Notes: generated from the sequence alone by a model not told the origin. Counted from the first letter of the stretch, positions 29,774 to 40,772 are shown. The stretch: DNA of 64,000 nt from Anaerohalosphaeraceae bacterium (GCA_963675525.2 CAXXSL010000008.1:209819-273818), one strand, 5' to 3'. Translations and numbers: made by a program.

Positions 29774-30211
29774 TTAAATCTGATAGTTGGAATTTTTCTT
29801 TCCGTGAAGCGATCTTTCTACTAAATCCGCCAGCGTCACAGATTCCAATACACCATTGATCGCATTCTGAAGTTCAGCCCATACATCACGCGTCGCACAG
29901 TCCATGCAACGGGGACAAAACTCGGGATGTTCAAGGCACTCGGCCGTAATCATCGGCCCTTCAAGGGTAACAAAAATTTCCTTTAGCCTGATTTCAGCTG
30001 GAGGCTTTGCCAACATATAGCCGCCCCGAGGACCGCGAAGACTGCGAACAAGGCCTGCAGCCTTCAGCATGGCAATAAGCTGCTCAAGATATTTATTCGA
30101 AATATCTTCCCGCTCGGCAATCATTTTGATCTGCAACGGTGCATTTCCGTACTCTTGTGCCAGTTCCAGAATCGCTCTCAATCCATATCTGGCTCTTGAT
30201 GATAATTTCAT
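29774..30211 (-). CDS. Rrf2-family (IscR/CymR-like) regulator
   Basis: ARYGLRA, YLEQL, RGPRGGY; Cys cluster C-x5-C-x2-C-x2-C. Confidence 0.92.
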   Translation of the reverse strand: MKLSSRARYGLRAILELAQEYGNAPLQIKMIAEREDISNKYLEQLIAMLKAAGLVRSLRGPRGGYMLAKPPAEIRLKEIFVTLEGPMITAECLEHPEFCPRCMDCATRDVWAELQNAINGVLESVTLADLVERSLHGKKNSNYQI

Positions 30212-30392
30212 ACCTGTTCTCCTAATATCCTATTTGTTTAGTAGTGTACTTTTTTATATTACACTTTTCCTACTATATTGTGCAAGAAAAAAAACAAATT
30301 TCAATGAAATTTACAATAAAAGCTTATATTTGTCTTCTTTGTGGGTAATAGTGGGCAAAAACCCGGACAAATCCTACTTGCCCTACTTGTTG

Positions 30393-30420
30393 TTGACAGA
30401 CTGTCGATTGATTCTATAAT
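30393..30420 (+). promoter_or_regulatory. Sigma-70 promoter of the glycosyltransferase gene
   Basis: TTGACA, 16-bp spacer, TATAAT. Confidence 0.65.
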
Positions 30421-30469
30421 AAAACGTATCTTCTTTTAACCGGACTGTTTGTGCATGGAGAAATACGTT

Positions 30470-32773
30470 ATGCCAAAACATTCGTCTCGTAAAGTTGCGT
30501 TTGTTTCATCATTTTTGCCGAGAAGGTGTGGAATCGCGACTTTCAGTAATGACCTGATTACTCATATCTCAGCTTGCGCCCATCCCTCATTTGAACCACT
30601 GGTCGTTGCCATGGTCACAAGCCGTGAACATCAATACAGTGAGCCGGTAAAATTTGAAATTCGGAAAAATGTTAAAAACGATTATATTTGTGCGGCCGAT
30701 TATTTAAATTTCAGCCACATTGATCTGGTCTGTGTCCAGCATGAATTCGGTCTTTTCGGCGGTGATGCCGGTAATTATCTGAATCTTCTTTTAAAACGTG
30801 TCGATGTCCCGATCATTACGACGCTGCACACCGTCCTCGATGACCCGGATCCGTCCTATTTACAGTCCATGATCGATGTCTGCGCCCTGTCGGACAAGGT
30901 CATCGTGATGAACCATCGCGGCATCGAGATGCTTGAGCAGATATATGGGATTAATCCGGACAAAATCCTTCTTATCCCTCACGGCATTCCTGACCTGCCG
31001 TTTGTGGACAGCAGTTACTATAAGCATAAATTCGGCATCGAAGGCCGAAAAACGATCTTGACATTTGGTTTGCTGAGCCGAAATAAAGGAATCGAAACCA
31101 TGCTGAAAGCAATGCCGGCCATCGTCGAAACGGACCCGACAGTGCTGTATATCATATTAGGTGCAACCCATCCGGATGTTCTGCGTCATGACGGCGAAGA
31201 ATACCGTTTCGAGCTTCAGCGTATCGTCGAGGAATTGGGACTTCAGGAAAACGTCATGTTCTATAACCAGTTCGTCAGCGAAGAGCGGCTTCACAACTTT
31301 CTTTGTGCCGCAGATATTTATGTCACTCCTTATCAAAATCGCGAACAACTAACAAGCGGGACACTGGCATTTGCCGTCGGAGCCGGTAAAGCCGTCGTTT
31401 CGACGCCTTATTGGGCCGCAGAAGAATTGCTGAACGACAATCGGGGAAAACTGGTAGCCTTTAATGATCCCAAAGGCCTAACCGATGCGATTATCGAGCT
31501 GATTCAGAATACGGAAATGTTTTCACGCCTGCGCCGTAGGGCATATGATTACGGCAGGACGATAACCTGGCCGACCATTGGAAAAAAATACTGGGATCTA
31601 TTCAGCAAAAAAATAATTCCCGTCAAAACGTTAACGAAAACATTCAGCCAGAAAAAAGAGGCGGCTTCTCTGCTGGAAGTGCCGGAACCCTCTCTGAACC
31701 ATTTACACGCACTAACCGACGAAACAGGTCTCATCCAGCATGCGAAATTCATACTGCCGAACCGAAATCACGGATATTGTACTGACGACAATGCCCGTGC
31801 CGTTGTTGCGATGGTGAAATATTATACACAATATCCATCACGCGATGTGCTAAAGCTTTTCAGCACATACTTTGCGTTTATTTGCCATGCCCGGCGGGAA
31901 GACGGCACGTTACGGAATTTCATGGGGTATGACCGTCGCTGGATCGATCCGGAACCGGCTCATGACGGCCTTGGTCGTGCATTGTGGGCGTTTGGATCAG
32001 CCATTGCGGCCGGACCACTTCGGGAAATGATCCCGGTTATCAAAGACTTCTTTGACAAATCGGCACGGCACATTCCAACGCTTTCACCGCGCGGCAAGGC
32101 TTATTCGATTTTCGGGATGCGCCACTATTTGAGTCAGTTCCCCGGAGCCAGCGATATTAAACGTCATATGCATATCGCCGCCGAGTATCTTGTTCATCTT
32201 TACGAACAGAACGCCGATGATGACTGGCAATGGTTTGAGAATATTTTAGCCTATGACAATGCGGTATTACCCCATGCCCTGTTTGAGGCTTATCTGACAG
32301 TAGGCAATGAAGCCTATCTTGATGTCGCTACTAAAACCTGCGACTTTCTCCTCGACAAAACCTTCGAACAGGACCATTTCAGTTTTGTCGGATGCCATGG
32401 ATGGTACCCGCATAAGGGGACAAAAGCCCGATTCGATCAACAGCCGCTGGAGGCCGTCAGCACGGTCATGATGTGCGGGATCGCCTACAAAGCAACCGAT
32501 AACCCCAACTATCTGAAACTGCAAAAAAAAGCGTTTGACTGGTTTCTCGGAGAAAATGACCTGTCCCTTCCGCTTTATGATTTCCGCACAAAAGGATGCC
32601 GTGACGGATTAGAAAAAACCTCCGTTAATTTAAATCAGGGCGCTGAAAGCACACTTAGTTTTCTGCTGGCACTGCTGGATATTATTGAAAGTTACAATCC
32701 TCGCCGGCTCAACGGAAATACGCATGAGTCACAAACAAAAAGGTCTGATCGTCAGGCAAAAATAAGAGATTAA
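30470..32773 (+). CDS. GT4 glycosyltransferase fused to a C-terminal alpha/alpha-barrel domain
   Basis: PRRCGIATF, QHEFGLFGG, KGIE, SGTLA; C-terminal GYCTDDNARA, FDQQP, NQGAES. Confidence 0.88.
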   Translation: MPKHSSRKVAFVSSFLPRRCGIATFSNDLITHISACAHPSFEPLVVAMVTSREHQYSEPVKFEIRKNVKNDYICAADYLNFSHIDLVCVQHEFGLFGGDAGNYLNLLLKRVDVPIITTLHTVLDDPDPSYLQSMIDVCALSDKVIVMNHRGIEMLEQIYGINPDKILLIPHGIPDLPFVDSSYYKHKFGIEGRKTILTFGLLSRNKGIETMLKAMPAIVETDPTVLYIILGATHPDVLRHDGEEYRFELQRIVEELGLQENVMFYNQFVSEERLHNFLCAADIYVTPYQNREQLTSGTLAFAVGAGKAVVSTPYWAAEELLNDNRGKLVAFNDPKGLTDAIIELIQNTEMFSRLRRRAYDYGRTITWPTIGKKYWDLFSKKIIPVKTLTKTFSQKKEAASLLEVPEPSLNHLHALTDETGLIQHAKFILPNRNHGYCTDDNARAVVAMVKYYTQYPSRDVLKLFSTYFAFICHARREDGTLRNFMGYDRRWIDPEPAHDGLGRALWAFGSAIAAGPLREMIPVIKDFFDKSARHIPTLSPRGKAYSIFGMRHYLSQFPGASDIKRHMHIAAEYLVHLYEQNADDDWQWFENILAYDNAVLPHALFEAYLTVGNEAYLDVATKTCDFLLDKTFEQDHFSFVGCHGWYPHKGTKARFDQQPLEAVSTVMMCGIAYKATDNPNYLKLQKKAFDWFLGENDLSLPLYDFRTKGCRDGLEKTSVNLNQGAESTLSFLLALLDIIESYNPRRLNGNTHESQTKRSDRQAKIRD

Positions 32774-32779
32774 TCGTCT

Positions 32780-33553
32780 ATGCGAGTCGCCACATTTAAT
32801 GCCAATTCGTTACGCAGCCGATTGGATATTATCCTCAAATGGCTGGATACCCATCAGCCGGACATTCTGGCGATTCAGGAGACCAAAGTCCAGGATAAAG
32901 ATTTCCCAATCGAAGCCTTCGATCAAACCGGCTATCATGTCGTTTACCGCGGGCAAAAATCGTACAACGGTGTCGCTCTTCTCAGTAAAGAGCCGCCGGT
33001 TGAAATCGTCTCACATCTCAGCCAGGATCCGACCGATGCGGCACGTTTCCTGAAAGCCAAAATTGGCCCTGTCATCATTTTAAACACCTATATTCCTCAG
33101 GGAATGGATGTGAAGTCTGAAAAATTCCGATATAAATTGAACTGGTTCCAATGGCTGCATGAATATCTTCAAACACATCATCGCCCCCAAGAGCCTGTGA
33201 TTTGGCTGGGCGATTTAAATGTTGCCCGTCAGGACATTGATGTTCACGACCCCAAGAGACTCTGGGGGCACGTTTGCTTCTGCGAATCCGTCCAGAATGC
33301 CTTCGAAAATATTGCAGAATGGGGATTTATCGATGTTTTTCGCAAATTTCACCCGGAACCCGACCATTATACCTTCTGGGATTATCGCGTTCAGAACGGT
33401 TTTGAAAGAAATATCGGATGGCGGCTGGATTATATTATGGCCACGGCCCCGGCAGCAGCCGCCTGCATCAACTGCCGAATCGACAAGGAACCCCGCGGAT
33501 GGCCCGGCCCCAGCGACCACACATTTTTAATGGCTGAATTCGATATTGAGTAA
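32780..33553 (+). CDS. xth: Exodeoxyribonuclease III
   Basis: TFNANS, QETK, GDLNVA, TFWDYR, RLDY, SDH. Confidence 0.95.
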   Translation: MRVATFNANSLRSRLDIILKWLDTHQPDILAIQETKVQDKDFPIEAFDQTGYHVVYRGQKSYNGVALLSKEPPVEIVSHLSQDPTDAARFLKAKIGPVIILNTYIPQGMDVKSEKFRYKLNWFQWLHEYLQTHHRPQEPVIWLGDLNVARQDIDVHDPKRLWGHVCFCESVQNAFENIAEWGFIDVFRKFHPEPDHYTFWDYRVQNGFERNIGWRLDYIMATAPAAAACINCRIDKEPRGWPGPSDHTFLMAEFDIE

Positions 33554-33671
33554 AAATCTAATACAGTCAGCCTTGAATTTTATGCAAAACCATGTATGAT
33601 TTCGCATACTAAGGTGAATTTCAGGTAACAGAGACATTAAATGAGAATTAAAATCATTCAGGATAAGCCAA

Positions 33672-35213
33672 ATGGGCCCTGTAACGATATCCTATAAGCA
33701 TTTTAGAGATTTGGTTGACAGCCGATCAAGCCGTTATTTTAATGCGGCCTGTTATGTTGTCAGGAACGCGGAAAGAAAGTACATCCTAACCCGTCCTTTA
33801 TTGGGGGAACTATTATCACAGTCCACTCAAATCGAGGAATTGCTGGATTCTTACGGCGCCCGCAATAACTGCCGCTGGGCTCGATTTCGCTCTCTAACCG
33901 CTGCGATCAAACTCTTTGCCAATGTCAGTTACGAACTGCTCCACATTCAGCATTCGATCCCCGCCTATCGGCTTCTTCATGTTGAACAGGATTTTTCCAA
34001 AATAACCGAAGAAACGCTTCTTTTTTCTGAGGAGATACTGATACGGTCAGCCAGGCAGTTGTTGGAAGAAGCGGAAAAACTTCACCTGCCTCTGCCTGAG
34101 GCTTCCAGCGAGAATGGCTTTTACGGTGAACAATTGCCATCCGGACGCTTGCCGCATGATTTGGCGATGCGTAAAGTGGAAGCGGTCTCCCAAACGGTCA
34201 CACTGCTGGCAACCGCGTTTCTTAATCTGGCCGCAGAAAGCAAGCGGGTGCTTCCCCGCAAAAAGGCTGAACCCAAGTCCTATCTCTGTGAGCTTACCGG
34301 CCCGATCAGTGAAGAAAAACTCCGCTCGCTGGAACTTCGTTTTCATAATCTTCAGTCTCTTTATGATACCTATGTCTCTACGACAGAAACCGAAGTCCTT
34401 GACAAAGACCTTCCTATTCTTCGCGGTCACATCAGTGTTGTCCTGCACCTGCTGCGAACAGCACGTGATCTGGCGCATTACTATGAGCGTCACGCCGGCC
34501 CTGCTGCCCAGCATATTACCAAGGGCCGAAAACGCCTGGTCGAACCTGAAAAACTTCTTGAAACACTCATTCATTACTGTATCCATTTCGTATCCCAATT
34601 TCTGGACTGTGCTGAACTGCTTTGTCAAAACATGCTGAAGCGCTACATGGAGATCGGCCAGATCGATGTGCCGGTTCCGCCCTATCGCGGCTTCCATGTA
34701 CGCCCGTCAACCCTGATCTCCAAGCTGGTTCTGCATTACGGAAGCAGCGTCACAATGAATATGGAAGGCGACACATACGATGCCAGCTCTCCGTTGGAAT
34801 TATTCCGTGCCAACGAGAAAATCAATGCTCATAAACGCCGTTTTCTTGCCGAGGAAATTATCAAGCTGGACATGGTTTCTCAAAAAATAAACGGTACGAA
34901 TTGTTATGCGGTGATTCGCAATGTTATCATGACACTGGCCGAACATGGCAAAATTGTTATTTATGAGCAGCCTCTGAAAATTGAACAAAAACCACTTCAA
35001 TGCGAAGCGAATCTTCTGGAACGGGTCACCGATGAAATCGCCAAGCTTCTGGTCACCGGAAAAATTGACATTGTCACAGATATTAACGCCGGCTTCGTCG
35101 GAGATAAACGAGTTCTGGAAGATATTAAACTGCTTGCGAACTGCGGTTATGGTGAAGATACATTCGGCAACAACATCCCGCTGCCGGAACAGCTTCAATA
35201 CCTGCGACAGTAA
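33672..35213 (+). CDS. Large helical protein with embedded HPr-like domain
   Basis: GFHVRPST (His15-like motif) and YDASSPLEL (Ser46-like motif). Confidence 0.75.
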   Translation: MGPVTISYKHFRDLVDSRSSRYFNAACYVVRNAERKYILTRPLLGELLSQSTQIEELLDSYGARNNCRWARFRSLTAAIKLFANVSYELLHIQHSIPAYRLLHVEQDFSKITEETLLFSEEILIRSARQLLEEAEKLHLPLPEASSENGFYGEQLPSGRLPHDLAMRKVEAVSQTVTLLATAFLNLAAESKRVLPRKKAEPKSYLCELTGPISEEKLRSLELRFHNLQSLYDTYVSTTETEVLDKDLPILRGHISVVLHLLRTARDLAHYYERHAGPAAQHITKGRKRLVEPEKLLETLIHYCIHFVSQFLDCAELLCQNMLKRYMEIGQIDVPVPPYRGFHVRPSTLISKLVLHYGSSVTMNMEGDTYDASSPLELFRANEKINAHKRRFLAEEIIKLDMVSQKINGTNCYAVIRNVIMTLAEHGKIVIYEQPLKIEQKPLQCEANLLERVTDEIAKLLVTGKIDIVTDINAGFVGDKRVLEDIKLLANCGYGEDTFGNNIPLPEQLQYLRQ

Positions 35214-35285
35214 TCATCGTTTCCCATGCTTTGGATTTAATATGTCACATCAATCTGTTTACGATCAACACAGAAAGGACCCTAA

Positions 35286-37562
35286 GTGAGTCAGGATTTT
35301 TTTCAGCAAATTTCAAACGAACTGAATTTACCCCTTAAACAGATCGGCGCCACGGCCTCTTTATTGGCCGAAGGCGCAACGGTTCCGTTTATTGCCCGCT
35401 ATCGCAAGGAAGCAACGGGAATGCTGGACGAGGTGGCCATTGCTCAAATTCGGGATCGACTGGCCCAACTGGCCGAACTGAATCAGCGAAAAGAAACCAT
35501 CCTCAAGTCGCTGACTGAACGAGAGCTTCTAACCGACGAGCTTAAGCTTCAGATCGAAGCGGCCCTGACAATGACCGCCTTGGAGGATATTTATCTGCCC
35601 CATCGTCCTAAACGACGTACACGGGCGATGGTCGCTCGCGAAAAGGGACTGGAGCCGCTTGCAATACTTTTGCTGTCACAGAATGAAAAAACAGTTCCGG
35701 AGACAGAAGCGGCCGCATTTATCTGCCCCGAAAACGGCATTGAAAACGCGGATCAGGCGATTGCCGGAGCTCGCGATATTTTAGCCGAACAATTCAGTGA
35801 AGACAAAACTGCCCGAGAACAGATTCGAGAGCTTTACTTCAGTAAAGGCTTTTTCCAGACAAAGCTTATCAAGGGTAAAGAAACGCAGGCTCAGAAATAC
35901 GAGAACTATTTTGACTGGACCGAACCGGTTGCTTCGGCGCCATCTCACCGGATTCTTGCAATGCGGCGGGGTGAAAAAGAGGAATACCTGACACTTCGAA
36001 TCAAGATCGACGAAGAACAGGCGCAAGCCATCCTGGAAAAGCTGTTTGTCGTCAACAACAGTCCATGTGCTCAACAGGTTAAGACGGCGATCGAAGACGG
36101 ATTCAAACGCCTGCTTTCCTCATCCATGGAAACCGAAGTCCGCCTGGAAACAAAAAAACGGGCGGACATCGAAGCCATTCGGGTCTTTGCAGAAAATCTT
36201 CAGCAGCTTTTAATGGCGGCGCCACTGGGACAAAAACGCCTCCTGGCAGTTGACCCGGGATTTCGCACCGGCTGCAAAATTGTCATCTTGAACGAACAGG
36301 GGAAACTGCTGACTCATGACGTCATTTTTCCGCACAACAGCCCCCAAAAAGCCGAACAGGATGCCGAGAAGATTCGCAAACTCTGTTCGGAGTTCAAAAT
36401 TGAAGTCGTTGCGATTGGCAACGGCACGGCTGGCCGGGAAACCGAAGCCTATTTTCGCACAATGGGTCTGAGCAAAGACATTCTCATCGTCATGGTCAAT
36501 GAAAGCGGTGCGTCGGTTTACTCTGCCTCGGAAGCTGCCCGCGAGGAATTCCCAAACGAAGACATCACTGTCCGGGGATCGGTTTCCATCGGAAGACGGC
36601 TGATGGACCCGCTGGCGGAGATGGTCAAGATCGATCCCAAATCAATCGGCGTCGGGCAGTATCAGCATGACGTCGAACAAAACCTGCTCAGGCAAGGGCT
36701 GGACGATGTCGTCGTCAGTTGCGTTAACAAGGTCGGCGTCGAAGTCAATACCGCCAGCAAGCAGTTGCTGATGTATGTGTCGGGATTGGGACCTCAGTTG
36801 GCCCAAAAGATCGTCGATTTCCGTAATGATAACGGGCCGTTCGGGTCCCGGCAGGATTTGACAAATGTGCCGCGGCTGGGCGCCCGCGCCTTCGAACAGG
36901 CCGCCGGCTTTTTGCGAATTCAGGACGCTGTCAATCCTCTGGATGCCAGCGCCGTTCACCCGGAAAGTTATTGCGTCGTCGAGCAGATGGCATCGGACCT
37001 GAACTGTACCGTCAACGACCTTATAAACAGCCAGGACCTGCGCGGCAGGATCGATCTGAAACACTATATCACAGACACAATCGGTTTGCCGACACTAACG
37101 GATATTCTGGCGGAATTGGCCAAGCCCGGCCGGGATCCCCGTGATAAATTCGAGACATTCGCTTTCGCCGAAGAGGTTGAAAAAATTGGAGACCTCAAAC
37201 CGGGTATGAAACTGCCCGGAATCGTCACCAATATCACAGCCTTTGGCGCATTTGTCGATATCGGCGTGCATCAGGACGGCCTGGTTCATATCAGCGAAAT
37301 GGCAAACAGCTTTGTCAAAGACCCCGCCGATGTCGTCAAGGTTCATCAGCCCGTTCAGGTGACTGTTTTGGAAGTGGACACCGAGAAAAAGCGGATCAAG
37401 CTGTCCATGAAAGAAGCCAAACCTACCCCGCAGGAAAAACCGACAACTCCCAAAAAGCGGACGCCCCCGCCTGCACAAAAATCCAAACAGGCAAAACCCC
37501 ATACAAAAGGGTCCGTGGATCCTGAAAAACCGCTGGCCGGCCAGTTAACATTAGGGATGTAG
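35286..37562 (+). CDS. tex: Tex transcription accessory protein
   Basis: GATVPFIARYRKE, DPGFRTGCK, IGVGQYQHDV, S1 domain. Confidence 0.96.
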   Translation: MSQDFFQQISNELNLPLKQIGATASLLAEGATVPFIARYRKEATGMLDEVAIAQIRDRLAQLAELNQRKETILKSLTERELLTDELKLQIEAALTMTALEDIYLPHRPKRRTRAMVAREKGLEPLAILLLSQNEKTVPETEAAAFICPENGIENADQAIAGARDILAEQFSEDKTAREQIRELYFSKGFFQTKLIKGKETQAQKYENYFDWTEPVASAPSHRILAMRRGEKEEYLTLRIKIDEEQAQAILEKLFVVNNSPCAQQVKTAIEDGFKRLLSSSMETEVRLETKKRADIEAIRVFAENLQQLLMAAPLGQKRLLAVDPGFRTGCKIVILNEQGKLLTHDVIFPHNSPQKAEQDAEKIRKLCSEFKIEVVAIGNGTAGRETEAYFRTMGLSKDILIVMVNESGASVYSASEAAREEFPNEDITVRGSVSIGRRLMDPLAEMVKIDPKSIGVGQYQHDVEQNLLRQGLDDVVVSCVNKVGVEVNTASKQLLMYVSGLGPQLAQKIVDFRNDNGPFGSRQDLTNVPRLGARAFEQAAGFLRIQDAVNPLDASAVHPESYCVVEQMASDLNCTVNDLINSQDLRGRIDLKHYITDTIGLPTLTDILAELAKPGRDPRDKFETFAFAEEVEKIGDLKPGMKLPGIVTNITAFGAFVDIGVHQDGLVHISEMANSFVKDPADVVKVHQPVQVTVLEVDTEKKRIKLSMKEAKPTPQEKPTTPKKRTPPPAQKSKQAKPHTKGSVDPEKPLAGQLTLGM

Positions 37563-37579
37563 AGACGTTTTTGGGTACC

Positions 37580-38707
37580 CTAAGGGCTTAGGCTGTCCGC
37601 AGTTTCGGGCGACGTCTTTTCATCATCCGGCGACACGGACTCCGGCGCCGGAATGTCTTCGATCAACTCCGAAAGCGGCTTGGTCAAGTCGCCGGCCTTA
37701 GAGGAGGGAATCAGGTAAATCCAATCCCGATGCGCCGCGTTGAATTCCTTGACCACATCGATTGCCAGCAATTTAGCCTCTTTCTTTTTCAACTCCTCAT
37801 CCGACTCCACTTGCCCAACCGTCTTCTCGACCGGCGTTTTATCCAGAAAATCCGCAGAAGCCTTGATATAGGTCTTGCCATCCTTTTGGGCGATCGACAG
37901 CTTATAGACGGTCAGGTCGTACAGTTTACAGATATAGGTACCATCAAAACTCAAATCCTGCGGAACATTCGAGGGCCCGATGACATCTTCAAAACGCAGT
38001 GAACTGAGGGCATTATAAACCGTTTGGCAAACCGTATTTTTAGACTGCTTGCCGTCGGGCATCTTCTCGAGCTTGATTTCATCGCTGCCTTGCGGCGAAG
38101 ACAGAACATAGCTGCTGTCGGCGGTTTTAACGGCGACACTGCTGATGGTGTCACGCGGAACGCTTAACAGATCGGTATCAATATAGTCGATCGCCTTGGT
38201 TTTAAACCACGGTGCACCCTGAATAGCATACACATCGTCACTGGACAAAAGACGAGCCTTTGCGGTATTTGTTTCGAGATCCGTTTCCGAAAATATCAGC
38301 GTCACGATCGGTTTTGCTTCGCTGTCTAAAAAGGAAATGAGATAACGGGCCGTTTCTTCGGTTACCTTTAAATCTGCATGGTTAGCCGGATTCGAGGTAA
38401 TTTTCTCGACAGTTCGAACATCAAGGCATTGATTGACCACATTATTGATCTTGCTGACATCGGCCGGATAATTATCTTTATCACGGACAACAAACGAACC
38501 GTTTCCCCTTGAGAGGTTAACCGTCTGACTGCCGTTCTCACTGGTAATCCGTATGGCGTCAACCGAATCGATATCCAGCCCTTCGATCAGCGCCGAGTTG
38601 CTGAAATCGGCCATGTGGACATTGCGGCTCATGTGATGCTGCACGACCGCTGCGGCAGCGATGAGTACGGCAACAACTCCTAACAAGGTAAGCTTTTTAT
38701 CACTCAT
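37580..38707 (-). CDS. DUF4340 membrane-anchored protein
   Basis: N-terminal anchor, DNYPAD motif, last gene of the Gld-like ABC operon. Confidence 0.75.
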   Translation of the reverse strand: MSDKKLTLLGVVAVLIAAAAVVQHHMSRNVHMADFSNSALIEGLDIDSVDAIRITSENGSQTVNLSRGNGSFVVRDKDNYPADVSKINNVVNQCLDVRTVEKITSNPANHADLKVTEETARYLISFLDSEAKPIVTLIFSETDLETNTAKARLLSSDDVYAIQGAPWFKTKAIDYIDTDLLSVPRDTISSVAVKTADSSYVLSSPQGSDEIKLEKMPDGKQSKNTVCQTVYNALSSLRFEDVIGPSNVPQDLSFDGTYICKLYDLTVYKLSIAQKDGKTYIKASADFLDKTPVEKTVGQVESDEELKKKEAKLLAIDVVKEFNAAHRDWIYLIPSSKAGDLTKPLSELIEDIPAPESVSPDDEKTSPETADSLSP

Positions 38708-38786
38708 TTGTGCTCTTCTCCTGTCACATTCTCTTTATTCAGACTAACCACAATCTTGCTCGTGAAACGTATCATCGGTAAGGCTA

Positions 38787-40772
38787 TCAGGAATCACTGG
38801 CATGGCTGATATACCGCCTGCGTTTGACACTGCGATAAATCCCCAAACCCACGGCAATCACCAATATCAACGCCGGCCCCGGCAACGTGCAGAAGTTCCG
38901 CAACTGCGTTTTGAGTGTCTCTACCCGCTGGCGCTTCTGCATCTTGATGTCCCGTAACTGCTTTTCAGCCTCGCGCAACTCCAACTCGATCTTTTTCTTT
39001 TCTTCAATGATCGTCTGGCTGATCAGGGCTCCTTTGTCGTCGCCCTGGATTGATTGAATTTTTTCATTCAACTGCTGTTCGAAACCCTTGATTTTGGCCT
39101 GGATACGTGTTTCCTCGTCGGAGGTTTCCGCATCCGCTTTGGCCTCGATCGCGTCAACCACCGTAAAGGGACGCTTGAAGTTGCCGCGGGAACGGATCGA
39201 GATCAACTGCTCCGAACCGGACAGGTCTTCAAGGGCGTTCAGGAGAAACGTGCCGTTGTCGCCAACCGGCGAAATACCGAAAAATGTCCGCTGATAGGCC
39301 ACCAGGTCGCTGAGCATGTCCACATCGGCCAGTACCATAACCGCACCCGGTTCCACAGACTCAGTCAAACCGGTCACCTTTTCAGTCTTTGCTTGACCGG
39401 CTTGATCTGCTGGTTGTGAATTTTCATCATCCTCGGATTCGACCGGCACCTCGATCCCATCCGGAAACGCACTCTTAAAGGTTCCGGTCACCAGATAAGC
39501 CATTGTCACCGGCTTTTTCCCATCCCGAAACTCGCGTATAAATTTGGCATAGTCCGGATTCATCAATTCAAAATCATTGGCAACCGTCCACGTATTGCCC
39601 GTATCCGAGGTCGATAGCAGCGGCGTATAAGTCAACGTGGTCATTTCAGCACCTTCGGCCGCCTCCCGTACTTTCAGCACACCGGGAAACACCATGGTGA
39701 CTTCATTGAGTTGGGCAGTAATCGGTTTATCAGTATTAAAACAGCCATACGCAGCTTCAAGCTTCATAATGCTCAAAATCCGTTCCGGCCGCTGACCGGG
39801 ACGTGTCGAACCAATGACCGACAGTTTGCGGTCGCCGGAAAACGTGTTAGCCGGCATAACCAGACCCCAATTGCCAACCAGCTTTTTCAGATTGGATGCC
39901 GTGCTGTACTGACCGCTCATACGTTGGTTCATGTCCGGCATATCCGCGACACAATGCGGATCCACCGTGACGATCGCCCGCCCGCCCTTGAGAATGAACT
40001 GATCGATCGCAAAGAGCGTTTTCTCGGCTAAGTCTTTGGGATGGATAACCAGCAAAAAATCCACATCCTTGATGTCATCGGTATCAACCGGAATCGTCGT
40101 GATATCGTATTGTTCTTCAAGCTGCCGGATAATCCCCCATTTCTGTTTGGGCTGCTGACCCTGCATTTGTTTCATCTGGGCCATGTACCCCGTATCCCCC
40201 ATCAAATCCAGCGAACTTAAAATACCCACGCGTTTTTTCTGGCGGGTAACAGCCGTATCGATCAGATAGCTGATATCATATTCGACAAGCTGCTGGCGAT
40301 CCGGAGCAAAAAAATCAATGGTCTTTGTCACACCAAACTGTGTTTGGACGACGAGACCGAAAATAAAGTTTTCATCTTCGGTGATTGTGAAACGTTTTAA
40401 GCCGTGTCGGATCGCGGCCAGTTCCTCCTCGCTGTAAGGCCTCGGGTCGATCACCTCCAGCACCACCTTACCATTCGCCTGGGCTGCGTATTCCTCCAAA
40501 AGAGCTCTGACATAAGTGTAATAATTGTTGTAATAACGAATCTGGTCAATAGAGGATTTAACCGCAGCAGTCTTGGTATAAAACAGCTTCACGGTGATCG
40601 GCTGTTTCAGACTCGCCAAAATCTCTTTAGTCCCGCCGGAAAGCGTGTATAACTTATGCTCCGTTAAATCTATTTTGGCGGTTTTCAAGACACCGTGACA
40701 AATTGAGATCGCCGAAACGGCAATAACCATGACAAACAAAATAGCTAAAATCGCACGTGTCATTCTGCTCAT
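38787..40772 (-). CDS. GldG-like ABC transporter auxiliary protein
   Basis: DLTEHKLYTLS, EYDIS, IDQFILKGGR, N-F-LNA, LISIRSR, C-terminal coiled coil plus TM. Confidence 0.85.
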   Translation of the reverse strand: MSRMTRAILAILFVMVIAVSAISICHGVLKTAKIDLTEHKLYTLSGGTKEILASLKQPITVKLFYTKTAAVKSSIDQIRYYNNYYTYVRALLEEYAAQANGKVVLEVIDPRPYSEEELAAIRHGLKRFTITEDENFIFGLVVQTQFGVTKTIDFFAPDRQQLVEYDISYLIDTAVTRQKKRVGILSSLDLMGDTGYMAQMKQMQGQQPKQKWGIIRQLEEQYDITTIPVDTDDIKDVDFLLVIHPKDLAEKTLFAIDQFILKGGRAIVTVDPHCVADMPDMNQRMSGQYSTASNLKKLVGNWGLVMPANTFSGDRKLSVIGSTRPGQRPERILSIMKLEAAYGCFNTDKPITAQLNEVTMVFPGVLKVREAAEGAEMTTLTYTPLLSTSDTGNTWTVANDFELMNPDYAKFIREFRDGKKPVTMAYLVTGTFKSAFPDGIEVPVESEDDENSQPADQAGQAKTEKVTGLTESVEPGAVMVLADVDMLSDLVAYQRTFFGISPVGDNGTFLLNALEDLSGSEQLISIRSRGNFKRPFTVVDAIEAKADAETSDEETRIQAKIKGFEQQLNEKIQSIQGDDKGALISQTIIEEKKKIELELREAEKQLRDIKMQKRQRVETLKTQLRNFCTLPGPALILVIAVGLGIYRSVKRRRYISHASDS

